A stretch of DNA of 64,000 nt from assembly GCF_006345805.1 (NCBI RefSeq), contig NC_043014.1, forward strand, positions 45,942,001 through 46,006,000, given 5' to 3'. Below the pieces are notes generated by a model that saw only the letters and a list, made by a program, of their open reading frames with translations, was not told where the DNA came from and did not search any database. Source of the DNA: Octopus sinensis (Eukaryota). Below, piece by piece: positions 46,720 through 59,875 of this stretch (position 1 is its first letter; every line of letters starts with the position of its first letter). The translations under genes were made by a program, and so were the position numbers.

Positions 46720-48960
46720 ATGGCTAGATGGCTCGTTAGATGGATATGTCAAGATAGATAGATAGATAGACGGATGGATGGGTCGAAGGATGAGTGGATG
46801 GCTCCAAGACTAGCTCGAATGGATGGCCGGCTAGCTCGAAGGACGGATAGATGGATGAAAGGTTCGATAGATAGCTAGATAGATAGGAAGATAGATAGAT
46901 AGACGGATGGATGGGTCGAAGGATGAGTGGATGGCTCCACGGCTAGCTCGAAGGACGGATAGATGGATGAAAGGTCCGATAGATAGCTAGATAGATAGAT
47001 AAGCTAGATAGATAGACGGATGGATGGGTCGAAGGATGAGTGAATGGCTCCACGGCTAGCTCGAATGGATGGCCGGCTAGCTCGAAGGACGGATAGATGG
47101 ATGAAAGGTCCGATAGATAGCTAGATAGATAGGAAGATAGATAGATAGACGGATGGATGGGTCGAAGGATGAGTGATGGCTCCACGCTAGCTCGAATGGA
47201 TGGCCGGCTAGCTCGAAGGACGGATAGATGATGAAAGGTCCGATAGATAGCCAGATAGATAGATAAGCTAGATAGATAGACGGATGGATGGGTCGAAGGA
47301 TGAGTGAATGGCTCCACGGCTACCTCGAATGGATGGCCGGCTAGCTCGAAGGACGGATAGATGGATGAAAGGTCCGATAGATAGCTAGATAGATAGGAAG
47401 ATAGATAGATAGACGGATGGATGGGTCGAAGGATGAGTGGATGGCTCCACGGCTAGCTCGAATGGATGGCCGGCTAGCTCGAAGGACGGATAGATGGATG
47501 AAAGGTCCGATAGATAGCCAGATAGATAGATAAGCTAGATAGATAGACGGATGGATGGGTCGAAGGATGAGTGAATGGCTCCACGGCTAGCTCGAATGGA
47601 TGGCCGGCTAGCTCGAAGGACGGATAGATGGATGAAAGGTCCGATAGATAGCTAGATAGATAGATAGATAAGCTAGATAGATAGACGGATGGATGGGTCG
47701 AAGGATGAGTGAATGGCTCCACGGCTAGCTCGAATGGATGGCCGGCTAGCTCGAAGGACGGATAGATGGATGAAAGGTCCGATAGATAAGCTAGATAGAT
47801 AGACGGATGGATGGGTCGAAGGATGAGTGAATGGCTCCACGGCTAGCTCGAATGGATGGCCGGCTAGCTCGAAGGACGGATAGATGGATGAAAGGTCCGG
47901 TAGATAGCCAGATAGATAGATAAGCTAGATAGATAGACGGATGGATGGGTCGAAGGATGAGTGAATGGCTCCACGGCTAGCTCGAATGGATGGCCGGCTA
48001 GCTCGAAGGACGGATAGATGGATGAAAGGTCCGATAGATAGCTAGATAGATAGATAAGCTAGATAGATAGACGGATGGATGGGTCGAAGGATGAGTGAAT
48101 GGCTCCACGGCTAGCTCGAATGGATGGCCGGCTAGCTCGAAGGACGGATAGATGGATGAAAGGTCCGATAGATAGCTAGATAGATAGATAAGCTAGATAG
48201 ATAGACGGATGGATGGATGGGTCGAAGGATGAGTGAATGGCTCCACGGCTAGCTCGAATGGATGGCCGGCTAGCTCGAAGGACGGATAGATGGATGAAAG
48301 GTCCGGTAGATAGCCAGATAGATAGATAAGCTAGATAGATAGACGGATGGATGGATGGGTCGAAGGATGAGTGAATGGCTCCACGGCTAGCTCGAATGGA
48401 TGGCCGGCTAGCTCGAAGGACGGATAGATGGATGAAAGGCCCGATAGATAGCTAGATAGATAGACGGATGGATGGATGGGTCTAAGGCTAGCTCGAAGGA
48501 CGGATAGATGGATGGAAGGCTCGACAGATAGCTAAATGGGGTACTACTTAAGAAGAGTAGTCCCGGTGCGCACATTCGCGTACTCGCGCATCCGCGCTAG
48601 CTAGTCGTGACTAGTCGATCCTACAACGACTACCTAGCAAAGTAAATAAAACACAATATAAATAATTTATTTTACACAAAGTAAATAATTTTTTTAAAAC
48701 AAAGTAAATAAAACACAAAAACACAAAGTAAAGATCGACTAGTCACGACTAGCCAGCGTGGATGCGCGAGTACGCGAGTGCGCGCACCGGGACCGCTCTT
48801 CTTAAGTAGTACCCTCCAAGGTTCGAAGAATGGATGGATGGCCGGCTAGCTCGAAAACGGATAGATGGATAAAAAGGCTCGACAGATAGCTAGATGGATG
48901 GCCCGATGAATAGAACGAATGGATGGGTGGATGACTCGAAGGACGGGTGGAAGGCTCGAT
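46720..48960. repeat. Complex satellite, ~14 units of ~120-140 bp built from GATA/GATG/GACG tetramers and GCTAGCTCGAA anchors
   Basis: GGTCGAAGGATGAGT recurs about every 134 bp (e.g. 47814, 47948, 48082). Confidence 0.95.
48539..48814. mobile_element. MITE-K with ~82-bp CpG-rich TIRs, inserted in the satellite
   Basis: GGGTACTACTTAAGAAGAG...CTAGTCGATC inverted as GATCGACTAG...CTCTTCTTAAGTAGTACCC; AT-rich core; no TSD seen. Confidence 0.87.
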
Positions 48961-49071
48961 ACATGGTGGGGGTAGGTGGCTGGCTGGATAACTCGGCATA
49001 AGCATTTGTTTAGCTGGCTAAACAAATGTCCAAATAAAGAAGGGCAGATATCAAAAAAAAAAAATCAAGAG

Positions 49072-49228
49072 GAGCGGCTGTGTGGTAAGTTGCTTGTTTA
49101 CCAACCACATGGTTCCGGGTTCAGTCCCACTGCGTGGCACCTTGGGCAAGTGTCTTCTACTATAGCCTCGGGGCCGACCAAAGCCTTGTGAGTGGATTTG
49201 GTAGACGGAAACTTAAAGAAGCCCGTTG

Positions 49229-49281
<53 letters not shown>

Positions 49282-49497
49282 GTGTTTGTGTGTCTGTGTT
49301 TGTCCCCCTAGCATTGCTTGACAACCGATGCTGGTGTGTTTATGTCCCCGCTACTTAGCGGTTCGGCAAAAGAGACCGAGATAGAATAAGTACTGGGCTT
49401 ACAAAAAGAATAAGTCCCGGGGTCGAGTTGCTCGATTAAAAAGGCGGTGCTCCAGCATGGCCGCGGTCAAATGACTGAAACAAGTAAAAGAGTAAGC
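49072..49497 (+). mobile_element. SINE-A
   Basis: Full layout. Confidence 0.89.
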
Positions 49498-49894
49498 GTG
49501 GGGTGAAATACGTGTAGAACGTGAAGGCACGTAGCTTAGTGGTTAGGCAACTGGGCTCTCAACCATAAGATGTTGGGTACGATTCACGACGGCCAAGGAG
49601 GAATGGTGTGTCCTTGGATAAATCACGTTATTTTGCTTGGCCAAAAAGGGGACAGACAGCGACTGGTTAAGTGTCAATTTTAATATGTTCGCGGCGTAAA
49701 CGAATCAGTTGTAAGGTTTAAAATCTACAGGTTGTGGGACCCACAGCGGGTATGTGGTCTCGTTTGGCGTTCTTTTGGGTTGACCACAAAATAAAGTGGG
49801 AAATTATATCAGGCAAATCTGCATTAAAAAAATAAAAAGTGTGTTGTCGAAAACAAGAATCCAAGAAAATGTTTGAGTGAAAGAGTGAGTGTGC

Positions 49895-50470
<576 letters not shown>

Positions 50471-50691
50471 TCTAAGTCGGTTGGGTCGTCCGAGTAAGAG
50501 AGTGTGGTTGCCGAAAGACACATAACGCCCAATTACCCCCCGGGAAATAGATCGCTAATGAGGTGTACATGGTCAATCATTGGACGATGACGCATGGGAA
50601 AATTCAAAACTAGACTTAGAAAATGTGTGTTCTAGATGTAATACTATATGATGCCGGCTTAATCCTAGTTTCTGATGGTTTATTTATTAGA

Positions 50692-51070
50692 CTAGCAGTA
50701 TCGCCCGGCGTTGCTCAGGTTTGTAAGGGAAATAACTATAAAGCATTTTTAGAGAGTTATAGCCAAAAAATAACAAAAAAATGGAAAAAAATGATGGTAA
50801 GTTTTTTTTTAGTTAAAAAAGGTGGAGTTGCGTCCCCTAGACAGTTTGCGGTTTGTGTTTCTATTCTCGACCCCATGTCGAATTTATCTATTTTTTTCAG
50901 AACTGGGGGAACTTTTCAAAATTTTCGCTGTGTTAGTTTTGAATTATGACATTGGGCTATGTGTGTGTCAAGTTTCATCAGAATCGGTTGAAAGCCGTGG
51001 TCAGGGTGAGGGTACAAACAAACAGACACACAGAAACACGCACAGACAAACTGCCGTTTATATAGAGAGA
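50692..51070 (-). mobile_element. Non-autonomous Helitron, 379 bp, different 5' part
   Basis: Same 3' ~65 bp (hairpin + CTAG|T) as the other two copies; 5' A|TCTCTCTATATAAAC; unrelated interior. Confidence 0.82.
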
Positions 51071-51314
51071 TTAGAAAACACATGACGACCAGATGGACAG
51101 AACCGAAATATCAAATCCGCCCTCTCCCTCCACAACAAACAGGCTTCATTGTATAATATGATTACCTAAGATAGGCAAAGTACCAACTTCGAGGGGAGAG
51201 TTGAGTCCACGAAACTGAAGCTAGTAACTGGATTTAGTCTCTCGATCACTCAAACGATGAAAGACAATGGTGACACGAGAGGCATATAATAATAATAATA
51301 ATGATAATCAATAC

Positions 51315-51724
51315 CACAGATTTGCTTGTCAGTTGTTTGACCTTAACCAGTTGAGCATGTCCCTTAGTGGCTGACGATATGTGCATCTCTGATCACGAGC
51401 AGAAGTAGTGGGGGAGCATCATAGCCATGTGTTCAGAGGGATTCTTTGGGGTTTGAATAATTCACCTTTGGAAACATGGGTGTTTCATTCAACATCCTTA
51501 AACAACCCTTATTCAGGGACCGTTTGAGCGGGATGGGCTACTCAACCTGAAGAAAATTCTAACTGGGCCCCACCTGCAAGGTCATGTGCTGTTTATCTTG
51601 ATATGAGATCACCATGTCGCGCACATATGGTTGTGATGCATGTGCCTGGTGTACCCTTATCAGACGAGGGCTTCGTATATTTTACCCCAGTGTCACTTTG
51701 ATGGCATGAACTGCTCTCTCACTC

Positions 51725-51725
<1 letters not shown>
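51315..51725 (+). mobile_element. Probable 5'-truncated retroposon 3' fragment with (AAT)n tail
   Basis: GC-richer block ending CTCTCTCACTC(AAT)n and embedded in an (AAT)n run; no ORF. Confidence 0.4.
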
Positions 51726-51755
<30 letters not shown>

Positions 51756-51789
51756 GTTTCAAATTTTGGCACGAGACCAACAATTTCGG

Positions 51790-52420
51790 GTGAGGTGGGG
51801 GCTAGTCAATTACATAGACTCCAATGCTCAATAGGTACTTATTTTATCGACCCAGGAAGGCTGAAAGGCTAAGTCGACCACGGCGGAATTTGAATTGGGA
51901 AAATAAATACGAACGAAACGTCGACCCGCTAACGATTCTGCCAGCTCGCCGCCATAATAATAATAATAATAATCTTTTCTACTATAGACACAAGGCTTGA
52001 AATTTGGTGGGGAGGAGATAGGTCGATTACATCGACCCTCCACTGTTCAACAGGTACTTATTTTATCGACCTCGGAAGGCTGAAGGGCAAATTCGACCCC
52101 GGCGGAATTTGAACGCAGAACGTAAATACGGACGAAATGCCACTAAGCATTTTGCCCTGCATGCCAGCGATTCTGCCAGCTCGCTGCCTTTAAATGGGCT
52201 TTAATCTAATCACGAGGCCAGCAATTTGGAGAGGAAGGGGATAAGTCGATACCTACCGCCCCAGTACTTGATCGGTGCTTTATTTTATTGACCCCGAAAA
52301 AACGAAAATCGAAGTTGACCCCAGCGGTATTTGAACTCAGAACGTAGAGCTAGGACAAATACCACAAAGTTGTTTTTTTTTTCTTTTCGATGTGCTTAAC
52401 GATTGAGCTAATCGACTCCT
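51790..52420 (-). mobile_element. Three older SINE-B-subfamily copies in tandem
   Basis: Repeated GTACTTATTTTATCGACC..GAAGGCTGAA.GGC..AGTCGACC..GGCGGAATTTGAA with heads ending CTGCCAGCTCGC. Confidence 0.75.
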
Positions 52421-52442
52421 TTCTAAGAATATTAATAATTGG

Positions 52443-52869
52443 GGATCTTTTCGGTTTGAACGGCAGTTTTTCCTAGCGGTGTCATATGAAATTGTCACCC
52501 ATAATTATGACCCTAGTATCGATCTATTGCATTTCAATCTGTTTTAGGATTAAGATCAGTTAGGGGTGGGGGGAAGGGTAGCTTTTTTTTCTTCACAAAT
52601 GTAAATAAACCCAATCTGTTTCTTAAACGAGGGACATATTCATATGGCACAGAATGTTTTTTTTACCTCAATAGACGTCAGTGATTGGTTGTAATTGCGG
52701 AAATTGAAGGAAAACAACAACAAATATCTTACAAACCATAGAATTTTCTCAATAAAGCCAAGAGAAAAAGATGTTTTATAAACACATTCTACCAGTATAC
52801 GAAGTTTAAAAATGTTTTAGTTACCTAGAAATTATTTTTAAAAAACTGCCGTTCAAACCGAAAATATCC
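52443..52869 (-). mobile_element. MITE-D flanked by a 13-bp duplication
   Basis: TATTAATAATTGG at 52430-52442 and 52870-52882. Confidence 0.93.
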
Positions 52870-53479
52870 TATTAATAATTGGTTCTAACATATACACACG
52901 GCCAGAAGATTGGCGGGGAGAATAACAATTGATTGAACTGACTCCAGCACTTCGCTGCTACATCGATTTATCGACCACGGAAGAACAAAATGACAAAGCG
53001 GACGTCAGCGTGATTCGAACCCACCACAAGGCATTTCATTCGACGCCCCGCTTGTCGTGCCAATTATTTTGGCAAACTAGATGTGGTTATCTAAAACGAA
53101 CAGCTTGCACACTAGCAAGACAGAATCCAGAGTACACGCGACCTATATGATGCAAGCACAAAGCACTTGACATGTGTTTACGGTGAAATTATATATATAT
53201 AATACACACACACACGTACACACAACAAGCACGCGCGCGCAATACCAAGTGATGTTACACACACGCCTGAAACTATGTCACAAACAAGCCAGCGAAGAAG
53301 ATGCCTCTACCACTATGTGGTTGTACGATCTGCTAGAAATAGTAGCCATTTCACCCTTATATCATCCTACCGTCTTCAAATGCAAAAGAAATACCATGCA
53401 CAATGTAATCATTGATAAACACAAATCGTACGGGATGGTCACGGTGAATATATAAATATATATGTATATATATATATAT

Positions 53480-53810
53480 AGGCGTGACTGTGTGGTAAGA
53501 AGCTTGGTTTCCAACCACACGATCCGGGTCCAGTCCCACTGCATGGCACCTTGGACCGACCAAAGCTTTGTGAATGGATTTGGTAGACGGAAACTGAAAA
53601 GAAGCCCGTCGTAAATAGATGTTTGTGTGTCTGTTTGTCCCGCCACCACCGTTTTGACAACCGATGTTGGTGTGTTTACGTCCCCGAAACTTAGCGGTTC
53701 GGCAAAAGGAACCGATAGAATAAGCACTAAGGCTTACAAAGAATAAGTCCTGGGGTCGATTTGTCCGACTAAAAGCGGTGCTCCAGCGAGGCCGCAGTCA
53801 AATGCCCGTA
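53480..53810 (+). mobile_element. SINE-A with internal deletions
   Basis: GGCGTGACTGTGTGGTAAG head through GGTGCTCCAGC. Confidence 0.82.
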
Positions 53811-54492
53811 ATTTTGTGTGATTTTCCAGTTTTGCCTCTTTTTTTATTTATAAAAATGTCTTTTCAGATTTTTTATTTTATTTTATTTTATTTTATTTAG
53901 TTTAGTTTAGTTTCAGCTCACAAGCTGTGGCCATGCTGGGGCACCGCCATTTAAACATTTGTTTAAAAAAGTTACGGATGGTTTTTGAAAAATAATAATT
54001 CCAAGTGTTTAAAACCTCAATCCGCCTAACATTTCAAGAAGAAAGCTGGGGGGGAATGGGGTAAAATTTACCCACCCATTCTTTTTTTTTTCTTCTTTAT
54101 TTCTTTCGCAGAATTGTAATCTACGATTAAAACATACATATCCGGAGAAATTCCAGTTTTTCAAGAACAAGATAATTTCCGACTCTATTCTACAGGAATC
54201 TCACAGCTATCTCACGAACTTAGGAACATTCAAGGAATGTTGTACAGCCCAAGGCCAGCAGCACTGATTGTGCACTCCGATGATCAAATTGCATTCCAAC
54301 CTTGGCCATCCTGTCTTTTTCCTAAGTGCAAGGAACCCCAGACGACATCATCCAAATGGGTCTTCTTCGGAGAGGTTTGGGTGCTATTTGAGGGAGATTT
54401 GGCTGCTTTTTTTCCCCATTATTATTTCAACAAGTTAGATACTTGTATAGGCTCCCTCTGTGTTTATTATATGGTATATTAATAAATTTCAA

Positions 54493-54900
54493 GGCAGCGA
54501 GCTGGCAGAAACGTTAGCACGCCGGGCGAAATGCGTAGCCGTATTTCGTCTGCCGCTACGTTCTGAGTTCAAATTCCGCCGAGGTCGACTTTGTCTTTCA
54601 TCCTTTCGGGGTCGATAAATTAAGTACCAGTTACGCACTGGGGTCGATATAATCGACTTAATCCGTTTGTCTGACCTTGTTTGTCCCCTCTATGTTCAGC
54701 CCCTTGTGGGTAATAAAGAAATAGGTATTTCGTCTGCCGTTACGGTCCGAGTTCAAATTCCGCCGAGGTCGACTTTGCCTTTCGGGGTCGATAAATTAAG
54801 TACCAGTTACGCACTGGGGTCGATGTAATCGACTTAATCCGTTTGTCTGTCCTTGTTTGTTCCCCTCTATGTTTAGCGCCTTGTAGGTAGTAAAGAAATA
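54493..54900 (+). mobile_element. SINE-B dimer
   Basis: 17-bp TSD GGTATATTAATAAATTT (54473-54489 / 54901-54917); internal junction AAATAGGTATTTCG. Confidence 0.92.
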
Positions 54901-55227
54901 GGTATATTAATAAATTTAATATCATTATCGATTTCTGAAATAAACACGAATCTCAATATTTTTTAACCGCTGGGGGGTACGGAAATATTCCAATAATATC
55001 GACCCTAATACTTACTTGACAGGTATTTTTATTTTATCGAGCCTTAAATGATGAAAAGATGAGGTCGACATCGGTGGGATTTGAACTCGAGATGAAGCTA
55101 AATACCAAAACAACATTGTGTAAGATCCTCCGCCTGTTCAGCCGATCCAAATACTAACAACATTGATGTCTAACACTTTGAAGGATCTCTCGATTAAACC
55201 GACCCCTTTCCTATCGCCCCATCCCTG

Positions 55228-55575
55228 TTACTAGATTAGCCTTCGAATGACGCCACCCCGCTGGCTAAGCGAGCAGGCCAACAGAAGAAAGAGTGAGAGA
55301 AAGTTGTGGCGAAAGAGTACAGCAGGGACCGCCACCAACCCCTGCCGGAGCCTCATGGAGCCTTTTGGGTGTTTTCGCTCAATAAACACTCACAACGCCC
55401 AGTCTGGGAATCGAGACCGCGATCCTACGACTGCGAGTCCGCTGCCCTAAACACTGGGCCATTGCGCCTCCACTGTTTTCGCTCAATAAACACTCACAAC
55501 GCCCAGTCTGGGAATCGAAACCGCGATCCTACGACTGCGAGTCCGCTGCCCTAACCACTGGGCCATTGGGTCCAC
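55228..55575 (-). mobile_element. SINE-C with tandemly duplicated 104-bp head
   Basis: TGTTTTCGCTCAATAAAC at 55370 and 55474. Confidence 0.87.
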
Positions 55576-56279
55576 TATCAAATAGCTAGCTGTTCGAGAA
55601 GAACATGAAATATGTAAAGCCTTGATCTCATTGGGTCTGAAGAGCCGACGAAGGCCACTAGCACAACCACTCTCTATCTTCGGACCATACCGCGGTCAAT
55701 GACACTTACACTCTGGTTCAAGCCCTGCTATGGGTTACATATAACTAAATACACGGTCATTGTGAAATTTAGACGCATGAGGACCATCACGGTAGCTTGG
55801 AATCAATGTAAAAAAAAAATGGTCGGTTTTGTTATTTAACAACGTAGATTCACTCATCACTCACTCATAAAATAAAGCAGTTGATTAAATTAATTAAAAA
55901 ACGTAAACAAGAATGTTTTTTATGTGCAAATTCATTTGCATAATTGTATATAACAAGGTCGACAGCCCAACCAACAAACTACCAAAGCTGTGAACAAGCT
56001 AAGGCTCTTTCTGTTCTGAATTAAAATCTCGCCGAGGTTATTTATCTTTGCCTTTCACCCACCCTTCCAAGGGGTCGACAGAAATAACGTATCGGTCTTC
56101 TACTGCATACACAAGGAAGGACCTGCTTTACGAGACCCCTGATTTACGAGTTTTATTTTTCAAGCACAAGATCCAAATTTTGAACTACGTGCAAAAGTTT
56201 CTACTTCCATAACAAATGATTCTGTGTGTGACCGAGAAATTTATAGAGAGCGAAAAAAAAAGGCTTCTAAGCAAACAAC

Positions 56280-56691
56280 GGATCTTTTCGGTTTGAACGG
56301 CAGTTTTTTTAAACAATTTCCACGTAACTAAACACTTTTAAACTTCGTATACTGGTAGAATGTGTTTATAAAACATCTTTTTCTCTTGGCTTTATTGAGA
56401 AAATTCTATAGTTTGTAAGAAATTTGTCGTTTTTTTTCTTCAATTTCTGCAATTTCAACCAATCAATGACGTCTATTGAGGTAAACAACATTCTGTGCCG
56501 TATGAATGTGTCCCTCGTTTAAGAATCAGATTGGGTTTATTTACATTTCTGAAGAAAAAAAGATACCCTTCCCTCCACCCCTAACCCTAAAACAGACTGA
56601 AATGCAATAGATCGATTCTAGGGTCATAATTATGGGTGACAATTTCATATGACACCGCTAGAAAAAACTGCCGCTCAAACCGAAAAGATCC
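56280..56691 (+). mobile_element. MITE-D, complete
   Basis: 8-bp TSD CAAACAAC. Confidence 0.95.
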
Positions 56692-57004
56692 CAAACAACT
56701 CTTAGACTTGTTTTTTAAAAAGAAATCTACGAGTCCATCTACGAGTTCTTGGGATTCGGCGATCGCGTCAACAAGTGATAGTTTGCGCGAGTCTAATGCT
56801 AGCGAAAGTGATTCAGAAAACGATTATAATATTTATTATAACTGATCTTGACATTCTTTTTACCTAACATTAAATATTCTTTACATTCTACTGTTGTTTT
56901 ATTGTCTTTTATTTACTAATATATTATAAGTTTTTGGGCAATCTTTCGGATGTGGTAGCAGACTTCGTTAATTTATGTAAAAAAAAAAAATTATCTATTT
57001 TTAT

Positions 57005-57405
57005 AGGCGCAGGAGTGGCTGTGTGGTAAGTAGCTTGCTAACCAACCACATGGTTCCGGGTTCAGTCCCACTGCGTCGCATCTTGGGCAAGTGTCTTCTG
57101 CTATAGCCCCGGGCCGACCAATGCCTTGTGAGTGGATTTGGTAGACGGAAACTGAAAGAAGCCTGTCGTATATATGTATGCATATATGTATGTGTATGTG
57201 TTTGTCCCCCTAGCATTGCTTGACAACCGATGCTGGTGTGTTTACGTCCCCGTCACTTAGCGGTTCGGCAAAAGTGACCGATAGAATAAGTACTGGGCTT
57301 ACAAAAAGAATAAGTCCCGGGGTCGATTTGCTCGACTAAAGGCGGTGCTCCAGCATGGCCGCAGTCAAATGACTGAAACAAGTAAACGAGTAAAGAGTAA
57401 AAGAG
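57005..57405 (+). mobile_element. SINE-A, full length
   Basis: GGCGCAGGAG start, (AAAGAGT)n tail. Confidence 0.9.
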
Positions 57406-57611
57406 TATTTACTTTTAATATTCTTCTGGGAACGAATTACGATTTACAACATTGCTTATGGGAAATTATTGCTCTGCTTTTACGAGTTTTCGTTTTAAGA
57501 GCAGTCTCCGAGAACAAATTAACTCGTATGTTGTGACCGCCGTGACAATTGTTTTCAAAAATCAATTTCTAGCAACACGGCACAAGTTTTTGAAATAAAT
57601 TGGTAACTCCC

Positions 57612-58000
57612 TTTTACTCTTTTACTTGTTTCAGTCATTTGACTGCGGCCATGCTGGAGCACCGCCTTTAGTCGAGCAAATCGAACCCAGGACTTATTCT
57701 TTGTAAGCCTAGTACTTATTCTATCGGGCTCCTTTTACCGAACCGCTAAGATACGGGGACGTAAACACACCAGCATCGGTTGTCAAACGATGTTGGGGGG
57801 GGGAAACATATACACACACATACATATATATACATATATACGACGGGCTTCTTTCAGTTTCCGTCTACCAAATCCACTCATAAGGCATTGGTCGACCCGA
57901 GGCTATATAGTAGAAGGCACTTGCCCAAGGTGCCACGCAGTGGGACTGAACCCGGAACCATGTGGCTCGAAAGCAAGAAACTTACCACACAGCCACTCCT
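57612..58000 (-). mobile_element. SINE-A
   Basis: Full layout on the minus strand. Confidence 0.89.
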
Positions 58001-58307
58001 ACGAGGTTATAACAACATTTAGACTCATTGCGAAATTAGGCCCGTGAGGGCCTTTCCAGTATAGTTCGGAAAGCGATGTGGTCCGTCACGTAGACTTGTA
58101 CAAGATCCGATTTACAACACAGGAATATATTTAAGCAGCTAATACTCCTCAAAGTTGTGTGATACTCACTACCGTAGCAATATGACATAAATGATTGAGA
58201 TCGCGGCCGTGTGGTTTAAGGTCGCCCCACAGTCATAAATATGGTTCAAGGTTCGATTCCATTGAGCGGCACCGCGCAGTACGAATCTTTTTTTTTTTAT
58301 ACCAGAC

Positions 58308-58725
58308 CGCAGGAGTGGCTGTGTGGTAAGTATCTTGCTTACCAACCACATGGTTCCGGGTTCAGTCCCACTGCGTGGCACCTTGGGCAAGTGTCTTCTA
58401 CTATAGCCTCGGGCCGACCAAAGCCTTGTGAGTGGATTTTGTAGACGGAAACTGAAAGAAGCCCGTCGTATATATGTATATATATATATATATATACATG
58501 TGCGTGTGTGTGTTTGTGTGTCTGTGTTTGTCCCCCTAGCATTGCTTGACAACCGATGCTGGTGTGTTTATGTCCCCGTTACTTAGCGGTTCGGCAAAAG
58601 AGACCGATAGAATAAGTACTGGGCTTACAAAAAGAATAAGTCCCGGGGTCGAGTTGCTCGATTAAAAGGCGGTGCTCCAGCATGGCCGCGGTCAGATGAC
58701 TGAAACAAGTAAAAGAGTAAAAAGA
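58308..58725 (+). mobile_element. SINE-A
   Basis: Full layout. Confidence 0.9.
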
Positions 58726-59029
58726 GAGACCCTCAAATCAAGTAACGAAAAACTTAGTGGTTGTTGTTTAACAGCAGGTCAACCCTGAAAGTGCAGACCA
58801 ATCATTGAAGACATTCCACTGGTAATCATCGCTTGTTATATCCACACATATACATCGTAGAAAGGAGGAATTACAACCGTGTTTCGTGGTCTGCTACCAC
58901 AACAGCTCCTTTATAGGATCCAGTTAGCTCAAGACATCATCAGGAGGAACCACGTCTGGTTTCGGCCCCTACTCCTCTACCGTTTTGACGTGGCGCCCCC
59001 CTCTCTTTCGGAGGTGTCTTCAACTCTGG

Positions 59030-59300
59030 TGTTGGGTGGTTAAGAAGCCTACTTCCTAACCATGTAGTCTTGGGTTCAGTCCCATTTGGCGGCACCTCGC
59101 GAGTGTCTTCTACTATAGCCCCCGCTCGACTTTTTTTGAGTGGGTTTTGTAGACGGAAATTGAAAGAAGCCCGTTGTGTGTGTGTGTGTTTGTGATGTTT
59201 GTCCCTCACACCCGCTTGACAAACGGTGTTGGTTTGTTTGTGTCGCCATAACTTAGCGATGTTGGGGGGGGGGGCGGGACAAACACAGACACGCAAACAT

Positions 59301-59351
<51 letters not shown>

Positions 59352-59510
59352 ACGGGCTTCTTTCAGTTTCCGTCTACCAAATCCACTCACAAGGCTTTGG
59401 TCGGCCCGAGGCTATAGTAGAAGGCACTTGCCCAAGGTGCCACGCAGTGGGACTGAACCTGGAACCATGTGACTCGTAAGCAAGCAACTTACCACACAGC
59501 CACTCTACGA
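59030..59510. mobile_element. Fused inverted SINE-A halves (old + copy 59030-59250; - copy 59255-59510)
   Basis: Junction at ACTTAGCG|ATGTTGGGG shares AGCG. Confidence 0.75.
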
Positions 59511-59875
59511 AGGGACCCGACAGAATAAGTACCCGGCTTTAAAATAAATACTGGGTTCGATTAGTTCAAGGCCGTGCCCCCAGCATATCTGCAAACCAAT
59601 GACTGAAACAAGTAAAAAAAAATATACTGGACTAAGTTATTATTCAGAGTAATTTTTCTTTTTGTTGCTAAGGTGGTAGAGACTGATTCGAGAAGAGATG
59701 GTTGCTATTTATAGCAAGTGAAGCGGAAACGGTGCGGAAGCCCCGTCGGATGTATGTGATCAGGTATGCTGTAACCTACATCCTATCAAGCGTTGTATTG
59801 AGAGTGTGCGCACACTGAGTGGTTAGAGTCCCTGAAAGAGCATCGGACAAAGTACACAGTGATGTTTGTTTCTAT

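Noticed and set aside
55625-55650. CTGAAGA-GCC-gacgaa-GGC partial hammerhead
   Set aside because: No GAAA after stem II.
58870-58990. Minus-strand CTGATGA ... GTGGT-agcag-ACCAC-GAAAC hammerhead-like pieces
   Set aside because: Core halves are separated by ~35 extra nt and no helix I partner follows the putative cleavage site; at most a decayed relic.
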